Assembly: GCA_030141605.1 (NCBI GenBank)
Contig: JAQGDQ010001709.1
Coordinates: 1-28,347, forward strand
Length of the DNA: 28,347 nt
Direction: 5' to 3'
From: Tubiluchus corallicola
Taxonomy: Eukaryota > Animalia > Priapulida
Part shown: positions 1-10,153 of the stretch, piece by piece
Layout: every line of letters begins with the position of its first letter
Numbering within the stretch: the first letter of the stretch is position 1
The notes under the pieces: model-generated
Databases searched by the model: none
Seen by the model: the letters and a program-made list of their open reading frames with translations, nothing else
What the model was told of the DNA's origin: nothing
Made by a program: the position numbers and the translations under genes

Positions 1-224
1 AAACAAAAAACGAATGAATGAACAATAAGGATGGATAATATCGTTAATATCATCTACTAAAAACGAAATTCGTAACTTACCAAATGTTATGCTACTTCTA
101 AACGTCAAGTACTTGCGACTTTACCATGTGTATAGCTTAAGGATCTCTAGCACATAATAGTTTTTAGAGGCGCTGAGAATTATGCCATTTCATGCCTTAC
201 AAGCTTGTGGTGACCATCGGTCAA

Positions 225-635
225 CTACGTTCTTAATACCTTCATTTTCTTAGCCTTAATCATGTTGATAAGCTTGATGTAAAGTGTACACCCACCTGTG
301 CTGGATTTAGAGGGACTCCCGTATAATGCGTTCCTCTGCATTGGGGAACCCAGCGACTTCCTGTGCACCGGAGATCCTCTCAGCGATCCCAGGGATATAC
401 CTCGATCCAAACTAATACTGTGTGGCATGGGCAGGATACCACAAAATATCACATCCCTTCTAGCGCCGTTGATAAAACGTATGTAATTTTGGATGGAATG
501 CAAAGTCTTTATGATGTCTTTGCCGATCACGTTGTGTAAAATTCCTGCCACTAGATGACGCTTCCTGAGAAAGTATTTTAACCGGTCTCTGGGGAACTCG
601 ATGAAACGGCATTCGTTTGTTGGAGTTATTGTCAC
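225..635 (-). CDS. popdc: POPDC/BVES family gene, third coding exon (end of Popeye domain and C-terminal tail)
   Basis: Phase-0 acceptor aattctag|GTG completes the FQ|VT motif. VTITPTNECRFIEFPRDRLKYFL...VIGKDIIKTLHSI matches POPDC VT....CR....R.RL.YFL...LIGKDI..KLYS. Stop TAG at 227-225. The 3' end is uncertain because of a possible internal donor at 296/295. Confidence 0.9.
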   Translation of the reverse strand: MTITPTNECRFIEFPRDRLKYFLRKRHLVAGILHNVIGKDIIKTLHSIQNYIRFINGARRDVIFCGILPMPHSISLDRGISLGSLRGSPVHRKSLGSPMQRNALYGSPSKSSTGGCTLYIKLINMIKAKKMKVLRT

Positions 636-645
636 CTAGAATTTG

Positions 646-658
646 AATAATAATATTA

Positions 659-689
<31 letters not shown>

Positions 690-827
690 CGACGACGACG
701 ACAACGGTAACGGTAACGGTAACGGTAACGATAACGATAACGATAACGATAACGATAACGATAACGATAACGATAACGATAATGATAACAATAACAATAA
801 CAATAACAACAATAATAATAATAATAA
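646..827. repeat. Compound microsatellite (AAT)/(GAT)/(GAC)/(AACGGT)/(AACGAT)/(AACAAT)/(AAT)
   Basis: Read directly; starts about 10 nt from the exon acceptor at 636. Confidence 0.97.
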
Positions 828-891
828 TTTATTGAATATTTAAAATGAATTAACATTAAAAATGAACAAATGCTTTTTACATACATAAAAA

Positions 892-1089
<198 letters not shown>

Positions 1090-1254
1090 TATTTTATTGG
1101 TATATTGATTTATTGGTATTTAAAGGTCTTGCGAATATAACAAAGTTTTTTTAACCATACCCTGCAAATAGAGGGTCCCTGTATGTATTTTATGTAAATA
1201 TTTGTATATGCGTTCAATTTTAAATTTTAAATAAAGAATTATAATAATATAATA

Positions 1255-1570
<316 letters not shown>

Positions 1571-1780
1571 CCTTTCTGTGTTCTTTTTCTTGTGTTATTT
1601 TCCTGCACAGTAAAGCAACTTCCGTGCTGAGTCACTAATTGTGCACATAACTAAAAATTGCTTCAATCATCTTTCGTTTATATTCTTTTCATCTGAGGTC
1701 GTCTTTGAACAATGGTGGCTAAAACGTCATATCTTTTTATGTCTCTACTATGACATCTTTCAGCAGTAATTGTACTTATT

Positions 1781-3808
1781 ACAAAATTGCTCTTTTGCCT
1801 CGAAGCTTACTTCAACACAGAAGCTTTAAGTCTCTCCACGTTCATCAGCTAGAACAGCGTACAGCAGTCAACTTTTAGCAAACCTGCTAGCTGACTGCTG
1901 TACCTTGACTGGATCGCACTATTTTAGCTGTCTGCTGTACCTTGACTGGGTCGCACTATTTTAGCTGACTGCTGTACCTTGACTGAATCGTATGGTTTTA
2001 GCTGTCTGCTGTACCTTGACTGGGTCGCACTATTTTAGCTGACTGCTGTACCTTGACTGGATCGTACTATTTTAGCTGTCCGCTGTACCTTGACTGGATC
2101 GTACTATTTTAGCTGTCCGCTGTACCTTGACTGGATCGTACTATTTTAGCTGTCTGCTGTACCTTGACTGGATCGTACTATTTTAGCTGTCTGCTGTACC
2201 TTGACTGGATCGTACTATTTTAGCTGTCTGCTGTACCTTGACTGGGTCGCACTATTTTAGCTGACTGCTGTACCTTGACTGGATCGTACAATTTTAGCTG
2301 TCTGCTGTACCTTGACTGAATCATACTATTTTAGCTGACTGCTGTACCTTGACTAGGTCGCACTATTTTAGCTGACTGCTGTACCTTGACTGGATCGTAC
2401 TATTTTAGCTGTCTGCTGTACCTTGACTGGATCGTACTATTTTAGCTGACTGCTGTACCTTGACTGGGTCGCACTATTTTAGCTGACTGCTGTACCTTGA
2501 CTGGATCGTACGATTTTAGCTGTCCGCTGTACCTTGACTGGATCGTACTATTTTAGCTGTCTGCTGTACCTTGACTGGATCGTACTATTTTAGCTGTCTG
2601 CTGTACCTTGACTGGATCGTACTATTTTAGCTGTCTGCTGTACCTTGACTGGGTCGCACTATTTTAGCTGACTGCTGTACCTTGACTGGATCGTACTATT
2701 TTAGCTGTCTGCTGTACCTTGACTGGATCGTACTATTTTAGCTGTCTGCTGTACCTTGACTGGGTCGCACTATTTTAGCTGACTGCTGTACCTTGACTGG
2801 ATCGTACTATTTTAGCTGTCTGCTGTACCTTGACTGGATCGTACTATTTTAGCTGACTGCTGTACCTTGACTGGGTCGCACTATTTTAGCTGACTGCTGT
2901 ACCTTGACTGGATCGTACGATTTTAGCTGTCCGCTGTACCTTGACTGGATCGTACTATTTTAGCTGTCTGCTGTACCTTGACTGGATCGTACTATTTTAG
3001 CTGACTGCTGTAACTTGACTGGATCGTACTATTTTAGCTGACTGCTGTACCTTGACTGGATCGCACTATTTTAGCTGTCTGCTGTACCTTGCCTGGATCG
3101 TACTGTTTTAGCTGTCTGCTGTACCTTGACTGGATCACACTGTTTTAGCTGACTGCTGTACCTTGACTGGATCGTACTGTTTTAGCTGTCTGCTGTACCT
3201 TGCCTGGATCGTACTGTTTTAGCTGACTGCTGTACGTTGACTGGGTCGCACTATTTTAGCTGACTGCTGTACCTTGACTGGATCGCACTATTTTAGCTGT
3301 CTGCTGTACCTTGCCTGGATCGTACTGTTTTAGCTGTCTGCTGTACGTTGACTGGATCGCACTATTTTAGCTGACTGCTGTACCTTGACTGGATCGTACT
3401 ATTTTAGCTGTCTGCTGTACCTTGACTGGGTCGCACTATTTTAGCTGTCTGCTGTACCTTGACTGGATCGCACTATTTTAGCTGTCTGCTGTACCTTGAC
3501 TGGATCGTACTATTTTAGCTGTCTGCTGTACCTTGACTGGATCGTACTGTTTTAGCTGACTGCTGTACCTTGACTGGATCGTACTATTTTAGCTGACTGC
3601 TGTACCTTGACTGGATCGCACTATTTTAGCTGACTGCTGTACGTTGACTGCATCGTACTATTTTAGCTGTCTGCTGTACCTTGACTGGATCGTATTGTTT
3701 TAGCTGTCTGCTGTACCTTGACCGCAGCACGCTATCCTAGCTGACGAAGGTCAAGAGACCCAAAGCTTCTACTCTGAAATAAACTTTGAAACTATCGAGC
3801 CATTTTAT
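1781..3808. mobile_element. Putative Penelope-like non-autonomous element: ~90 bp inverted repeats with degenerate hammerhead motifs enclosing a minisatellite
   Basis: Reverse complement of 1781-1870 aligns without gaps to 3719-3808 (65/90 by hand count). Both contain CTAGCTGAYGAA-n-AGAGAC-nn-AAAGCTTCT. The right copy keeps a GGTC-aaga-GACC stem II. Confidence 0.6.
1888..3737. repeat. 37-bp minisatellite, 50 copies (consensus TAGCTGWCTGCTGTACCTTGACTGGATCGTACTATTT)
   Basis: TAGCTG recurs at 1888, 1925, 1962 ... and finally 3738; 1850 = 50 x 37. Confidence 0.97.
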
Positions 3809-4210
3809 GCATTGCGAAATGGCACATCTCAAGAGAGCGCACATCTACAATTCTACTAATCCTTAACAAAAGAATTCTCGATTTATACAGACTGTATCTT
3901 TAAAACGACTAATTATCCAATTCCAATCGTAAGGCGTTAGGCAAGCTCAAGGGAGAACAACACCCACGCCCACGCAGTTAACTAATTTCTTACATATTTG
4001 ATGAGTTTCGCGCCTAAATCATTTATTTATTTTACGCAACAGCAGGCCGGCAAGGACGAGTGTAATCCTCGTTGTGTGAAAGAGACTTTGCAATGGCACA
4101 GAAATGGAAACCTCATTACTAGTTACAGCTGCATCAGCTCCATGTTTTTTGCACTAAAACTCTTCAAACAAGACTAATTTTCGATTAAAGTAAGGAGCTT
4201 TGATTAGTAA

Positions 4211-4525
4211 AAAGGTGAAGGTATGAATAGATATATTTCCGGAGAAGGTGAAGGTAGAAGGTGAGAGTGAAGGTGAGGGTGAAGGTGGGCTGGGAGGTGA
4301 GAGGTGGAGGTGAAGGTGAAGGGTGAGGTAGAAGGTGAAGGTAGAAGGTGAGAGGTGAATGTAGAAGGTGAAGGTGGGGTGGAAGGTGAGAGGTGGGGGT
4401 GAAGGTGAAGGGCGAGGTAGGTGATGGTGAAGGTAGAAGGTGGGAGGTTATGGTGATGGTGAAGGTGAGAGGTGAAGGTAGAAGGTGAAGGTGAGAAGGT
4501 GAAGGTGAGAAGGTGAAGGTGAGGG
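4211..4525. repeat. Degenerate (GAAGGT)n purine-rich repeat
   Basis: Read directly; imperfect ~25 bp direct repeats (ggtatgaata..tatatttc..gagaa) near both ends. Confidence 0.9.
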
Positions 4526-4564
4526 TATGAATATATATTTCTAGAGAAATAGAATTCATACAGC

Positions 4565-4790
4565 AAATTTGATTGAGACAGAAGGTGCCTGTTGATGTTC
4601 TTCTTGAATGGAATGAGATTGTAGTTTTCAGGGGAACGAAGTGCTGGTAGACAATTCCATAGGTAAGAAGCCAGAGAGAAAAAAGTGGATCTATAAGCAG
4701 TTATTCTACGTCTGGAACGTCCAGGAACTGTCATTGCTTAGGAACTAATGAGGATATGCCGTAAGGACTTCTTCCATAAAAGTAACTATC
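4565..4790 (-). mobile_element. 3' fragment of a CR1/L2/Jockey-group LINE ORF2 (relic)
   Basis: Minus-strand translation YFYGRSPYGISSLVP then, after a frameshift, TAYRSTFFSLASYLWNCLPALRSPENYNLIPFKKNINRHLLS, resembling the SFF....LWN.LP......NL..FK..VNRHL C-terminus typical of these RT ORFs. Confidence 0.8.
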
Positions 4791-4919
4791 AGAGGGGCCT
4801 AAAGTAACAGTTGGTCACATGCTAAGAGCTATTCTACAGCTTATTCGAAAAAAAAATCAATGAAAATTTGACCCATTGCTTCAAATGATTAAAATTCAAT
4901 AGCTTTTGGGTCATATTAG

Positions 4920-4980
4920 CAACCAAAGTTAAGCAACGTGAAGGCTGTCCAGCGTATGGTGGAGGGGTGACTGGTGGATT
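4920..4980 (+). pseudogene. Degenerate 5S rRNA internal-control-region fragment (probable old SINE head)
   Basis: accaaagttaagcaacgtgaaggctgtccagcgtatggtggaggggtgactg resembles the 5S box A to box C span seen at 6409-6460. Confidence 0.5.
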
Positions 4981-5314
4981 CACACACTGGGCAGTTTCGC
5001 TGCCATACTGTTCACAGGCATTCACCTCTTTGAGGGAGAGAGGCTGTATGGTTAGGATGCCCTTCCCGGTTTAGTGCGTCATTTTGAAGGATTGGGGAGC
5101 TAGATTTCGGTCCCGCCGCAAACGCATACAGTTGTGTGCTCTACATCAGCATCCGGAATACAGAATTGTATATAAAAAAAACGTTCCACGCAACTATACC
5201 ACGTTACAATCAACGCAATTACTGAAAAGACCTTCAAATGCTGAGAAGCTATCCCAGTTCACGTGACGAATTACCATGGCAACTAGCAAGTGATTCGCTT
5301 TTTGCGCTTTTTAC

Positions 5315-5432
5315 CTGAAATACGTCAGATTCTTCATCTTCCCTTTCGCAGCATCTCTCCCACTCCACGGAGTCAATGAAATGCGAGCGAGAGACGAAGT
5401 GTATGAGATGCCCCTTTAACGTGACTTTCATA
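5315..5432 (-). CDS. popdc: POPDC/BVES family gene, middle coding exon (118 nt) with phosphate-binding-cassette motif
   Basis: Acceptor ggttttag|T completes the AG+T (Ser) codon from the previous exon. Encodes MKVTLKGHLIHFVSRSHFIDSVEWERCCEREDEESDVFQ (cf. POPDC MKV..GH.LH.I....FIDSPE...FQ). Phase-0 donor CAG|gtaaaa at 5315/5314. Confidence 0.93.
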
Positions 5433-5552
5433 CTAAAACCAATAAGCAGAGAAGCCATTAGCATGTAAGCAAGGTTTGAGATCAGGGGAAAAGTGAAAGG
5501 CAATGGCTTCATGCGCATGCAGGCAATGTGGTTATGTGGTAAACTTCCTGCT

Positions 5553-5741
5553 GTCGTCATCATCATCATCAGCATTATCATCGTCATCAGCAGCAGCAGC
5601 AACAGCAGCAGCAGCATTGTCATCATCATCGTCGTTATCATCAGTGGTCATCATCATCATTATCATCGTCATCATCATCATCATCATCAACAGCAGCAGC
5701 AGCAGCAGCAGCATCATCAGCATTATCATCATTACCATCGT

Positions 5742-5773
<32 letters not shown>

Positions 5774-6065
5774 TTATCACCATCATCGTCGTTATCATCA
5801 GTGGTCATCATCATCATCATCATTGCCACTGCTGTTTTTGTTTGTTGTTATTGTTGCCGTTGTTGTTTATTAGTGGTAGTGGTGGTGGCGGCAGTAGTGG
5901 CAATGGCAGTGCTTTTGTTGCTGCTGCTTTTACTGTTATTACTGTCGTCGTCGTCGTTGTTGTTGTTGTTGTTGTTGTTGTAGTTGTTCTTGACGATGCT
6001 GCTGCTGATGATGATGTTGTCGTCGTCGTTGTTGTCGTTATTGTTGCTGCAGCTGTTGTTAATGA
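5553..6065. repeat. Compound trinucleotide repeats (CAT/CAG, then GTT/GGT/GTC/GAT)
   Basis: Read directly; source of the poly-H/Q/S/V ORFs. Confidence 0.95.
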
Positions 6066-6364
6066 CGTTATTCTATGCGAATGCAGTTGATAATAACAAT
6101 GCATTCATGCTAACTGTTATTTCCATATACTGACTCCAAATGGGGCAACACAAAAATACATTGTATTTAATTCAGACATTCAATGTAGGCATTACAATCA
6201 GTAATTTTGCTCAGCCAACTTATTCTAATACATTGTAAATATGATTAGAAATCCCCATATGAGTATTTCTACAAAATGGTTTGTTAATGCCCTTTCGTTC
6301 CTTGGAACATACTTAGGGAAGCGAGGCGAAGTTATGATCTTTTACCTGGTATTTATTTTAAAAA

Positions 6365-6902
6365 TCATACGGCCATATCACGTTGAAAACACCGGTTCTC
6401 GTCTGATCACCGAAGTTAAGCAAGGTAGAGCCTGGTTAGTACTTGGATGGGTGACCGCCTAGGAATACCAGGTGCTACATGCCCTCACTGTATCTCGACA
6501 CTAGGCGGAGGAGCTGCACAAGCAGCCAACGGCTAGAAAGCGGAGGAGGTCATGTGACGGCCATGTGTAGAGGAGTAAACCTTCCAAATCAGGAGTGGAG
6601 CCCCGAAGGCGGACCAGTGCAGCATGCTCATTGACTCCGGCAGCTCCTGCAGCCAACCTGGTGCCAAACGTATCGCTCCGCTTTCCTTTGGACTACACCA
6701 GGGAGGAAGAGAGGGGGTTCCTGCGGTCTGGGCAACTCAGGATCTCCATACACCTTGCCCAGGCGTGCGCCCTGGAGACGTTCAAGAATCGCACTACTCA
6801 GCCACAGTGGACGCTGCAGCTCCATCAATGTGATCAATAACTGACTCTCTTGGCGCACACTCCATTGTCTTCCGAGACAGAAGGATGTCAACAACAACAA
6901 CA
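6365..6902 (+). mobile_element. 5S rRNA-derived SINE (SINE3 type): 5S head, GC-rich structured body, 3' hairpin, (CAA)n tail
   Basis: 6365-6476 is nearly full-length 5S sequence (tacggccatatcacgttgaaaacaccggttctcgtctgatcaccgaagttaagcaa...ggttagtacttggatgggtgaccgcct.ggaatacc.ggtgct), but helix I is broken and no oligo-T terminator follows. The GC-rich body has no TTTT, ends with hairpin TGTCT-tccg-AGACA (6866-6879) and caacaacaacaaca. Confidence 0.82.
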
Positions 6903-7257
6903 GATAAGAATTCCGGTCGTTTTACTATTTATATTCCAGAGACTGTAACGTGTCCAAGAAAGCAAGTAAGGGAGAATTTAGAATCTTATTCAGAATGTAT
7001 GAAAATAATTTGACTTTGGCAAAGTTACTGTAATGATAACTCTGGGGAAATCTATCACGAAAAGTAACCTGCATTGAATGCAAATTGCCTTGCCACGCGT
7101 TCACACACTAAATTACTGATTTATCAAGACTCATGTGAGTAGTTACTGTCCGGAATTCTACCATACAAATAAATAAATTGTATATATTGATCAATATTTC
7201 GTCCTTACACCCTCTTCAAGAATAAATAGTCAAAATTATAATATACAGAATCGTTAA

Positions 7258-8393
7258 GGCATAAAAACACCTTCATATCATAAATGTTAAAGAATTCGCC
7301 TTGAAATACGTGCTGTCTTATTGCATACAGAGCTTGCGTTAGCAGTAACACATTATAAAACTTTGACACAAAATCTAAACTCCCGCGATGAACGTTATGA
7401 GCAGCCATTTAGTCCAGTTAAGTCATTTGAAACAAGTTTAGGTAAAATTGCAAAACGTTAAAAAAACAATCAAATCACTCGCAGCAGACGTTCCACTAAC
7501 TAAGCAAACGTTTAAATTACTTTATATTGTCAGTATTTTTGGTGAATCAGTGGTGCACATTGGGATTGAGAAGCAATGCTTTTTAGCATTGTTTAACAAT
7601 ATTTTAAGTTATTAAGAATTTTCTTTTCCAGTTATTTAAAGCACAAGAAAACCCTCCACTTACATAAGGCGTCTCAAAATTTTATACCGCTTACATACTG
7701 CCTTTTTGCATACAGGGCTTGCATCGACCGTAACGCTGTATAAAACGTGTACCTTTAAACTCCCGCGATGACCGTTAGACGCAGCCATTTTAATAGCAGG
7801 TCTTTTGAAACAAGTTTTGATAACATTATGTAAAATTTGATATAATAATCAGAGCATTCGTAGCATACATTTTGCTAATTAACTAAAATTTTAAATTACT
7901 GTATCTCGTCAATAAGATTAAAAATACGTTTTTGGTTAGTGAGTGGCGCACCCTGGAGGGTGAGTCAGCGACATTTTACCAATTGGCACAAACATTTTAA
8001 ATTATTAGTCTAGTTACATAAGTCTTTCTAGCAGGTAAGTGAAATGCTAAGTAATATAGATTTGCATGGAAAGTTTTTTGGGACATTATTTAACATTTCC
8101 TTTTCTTCCCCTGATTTACGTGGCGTAGTGACGTCATGCAATGGCGTCCTCGGAACAGTATTGCGGGAGATTTCAAATGAAAACAAACGAGAATTCATTT
8201 CAACGCGAGTACGATATATGCATAAAATTGCTGCAAAGTAATATAATTTCTTAAGGCGATTTTTCTGAACCCTACTTCAGGCGCCCCTTTTCCAGTCCTT
8301 TGTCTTTCCAGCAGGTAAGCTAAATGCCAAGTAAAATAACTTTTTGCATTGAAAGTTCTTTAAGATATTCTTTAAAACTCCCTTTTCTTCTCT
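7258..8393 (-). mobile_element. Older, diverged Kolobok-like MITE, split by a younger copy
   Basis: TTAA at 7254-7257 and 8394-8397. 7258-7635 parallels 7640-8020, and 8302-8393 resumes the family sequence (gtctttccagcaggtaag...) ending ccttttcttctct. Strand is relative to the copies at 17-19 kb. Confidence 0.65.
7640..8299 (-). mobile_element. Kolobok-like non-autonomous DNA transposon (~660 bp), younger copy
   Basis: TTAA|AGCACAAGAAAACCC ... CCCCTTTTCCAGTCCT; clear reverse-complement similarity to 17277-17925 and 18367-19056. AG...CT termini with TTAA target are a Kolobok trait (superfamily inferred from termini only). Confidence 0.8.
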
Positions 8394-8935
8394 TTAAAGA
8401 AGCATTTTATTGCTCTCTATACAAGAGCTTTTTGCTGTAATTCCATTTGTTCCTGTTCCAGCCAGTATGAAGCCACGTTCAAACAAAAAGAAGATTCTAT
8501 AGTGTGAGAAGATATTCAATTACATAAAAGCTGAAACCTGCTGTCATTCAGCAGTAGATATTTTGTAAAACAATGAAACGTAACTGCAAGTGAAGCATCA
8601 TTAGATCTGTCTGATTAGATCACAATTATTGTCATTTTGTATCGCAAGGGAAATCATCAAAAATGGCTGGTTTAGAAATCCCACGGGCATCGCCGGGATC
8701 AGTACTTTATTTTCCTGTAAGAGATCAAAATTTTGTTGAAAAATGACCGGACATAACTGCAGCCAATTTGCTTTCCGGTGACGTCACAGGCAGTTATTTT
8801 TCATGTTGTTTGAATCTAAAAATCACGGGAAGTCAGACGCTTAAAATCGTGAAAATTAATTCTCAATTAAATTTGCATTTGCTTTATTATTAACAATAAT
8901 AGCGGATGAGGAGAATAATCGAATTGTGTGTTTAG

Positions 8936-8990
8936 TAACCGAAGTTAAGCAACTCTCAGCTTGATCGATAAACAGATTGGTGACTGCCTG
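8936..8990 (+). pseudogene. Degenerate 5S rRNA internal-control-region fragment
   Basis: accgaagttaagcaactctcagcttgatcgataaacagattggtgactgcctg aligns to the box A to box C part of the 5S head at 6409-6461. Confidence 0.55.
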
Positions 8991-9426
8991 TTTAATGTTT
9001 TCTCTTGGCAAGGCAGAAGCATGCAAATATCCGAATATTTTGTCTCTTAACTAAGTTAAAGCTGCCAGTTCAGTGCTTCATCTTAGAACTTTGAATGAGA
9101 TTCCAGTCCCACCACAAGCCTTCAAAGTGTCGAAATGTGACAAAAGTGCCCGAATTAAGCGAACGGCTAACTCGTTGACCAACCTTTTAGGTGGCTAGGT
9201 CTCTAGTTGCTTAACTGACTTACCAGGTAGCTAGTTGATTATTGATTCGTTGCTTGACAGACTGACTAAATGTTTGATTAACTAGCAAGCTGGTTGTTTG
9301 GCTGGCTGACTAACTGACAGACATTGACTGATAACATTTGTATTGCACTCATAAACATAAAATTATTAGTTGGTTCACTAGCTTCATTATTAGTTAACCT
9401 GTCTGACTGACAGACTGATTGGCATA

Positions 9427-9884
9427 CTGAGTGAGTGAGTGAGTTAGTTAGTGAGTGAGTGAGTGAGTGAGTGAGTGAGTGAGTGAGTGAGTGAGTGAGT
9501 GAGTGAGTGAGTGAGTGAGTGAATGAATGAGTGAGTGAGTGAGTGAGAGAGAGAGTGAGTGAGTGAGTGAGTGAGTGAGTGAGTGAGTGAGTGAGTGAGT
9601 GAGTGTGTGAGTGAGTGAGTGAGTGAGTGAGTGAATGAGTGAGTGAGTGAGTGAGTGAATGAGTGAGTGAGTGAGTGAGTGAGTGAGTGAGTGAGTGAGT
9701 GAGTGAGTGAATGAGTGAGTGAGTGAGTGAGTGAATGAGTGAGTGAGTGAGTGAGTGAATGAGTGAATGAGTGAGTGAGTGAGTGAGTGAGTGAGTGAGT
9801 GAGTGAGTGAGTGAGTGAGTGAGTGAGTGAGTGAGTGAGTGAGTGAGTGAGTGAGTGAGTGAGTGAGTGAGTGAGTGAGTGAGT
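9427..9884. repeat. (GAGT)n tetranucleotide microsatellite with degenerate (GACT) flanks
   Basis: Read directly. Confidence 0.98.
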
Positions 9885-10153
9885 GGCTGCCTGACTGACT
9901 GCTGACTGATTAACACATTGACTGTGCGACTGAGTGACTGACCAATTAGCTAACTGTTTAGACTGAACGCCTGATGGATATTTTATTTCTGACATTGGCA
10001 AACGAGTCCACACAATTAGCATAATTAACTAATAAACACAAATACAGTTATTGTTAACGACTGACTGGTTGAAAGACCAACTGACTCACAAACACTCACA
10101 CTTCCAACTAGTCAATGATAATTTACTTCAAGAGTTCAAGAACCAATTCGTAC

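Noticed and set aside
1888-3737. 37-bp repeats as a CRISPR array
   Set aside because: Units are head-to-tail with no unique spacers, no cas genes, eukaryotic intron context.
5493-6104. His/Gln/Ser/Val-rich ORFs
   Set aside because: Open in many frames on both strands because of trinucleotide repeats; intronic.
6365-6483. Functional 5S rRNA gene
   Set aside because: Terminal helix mismatched, no oligo-T terminator, runs into a SINE-like body and tail.
8398-8885. Additional TTAA-type MITE
   Set aside because: Transposon-like composition and a CRE, but no convincing terminal inverted repeats or second copy in the window.
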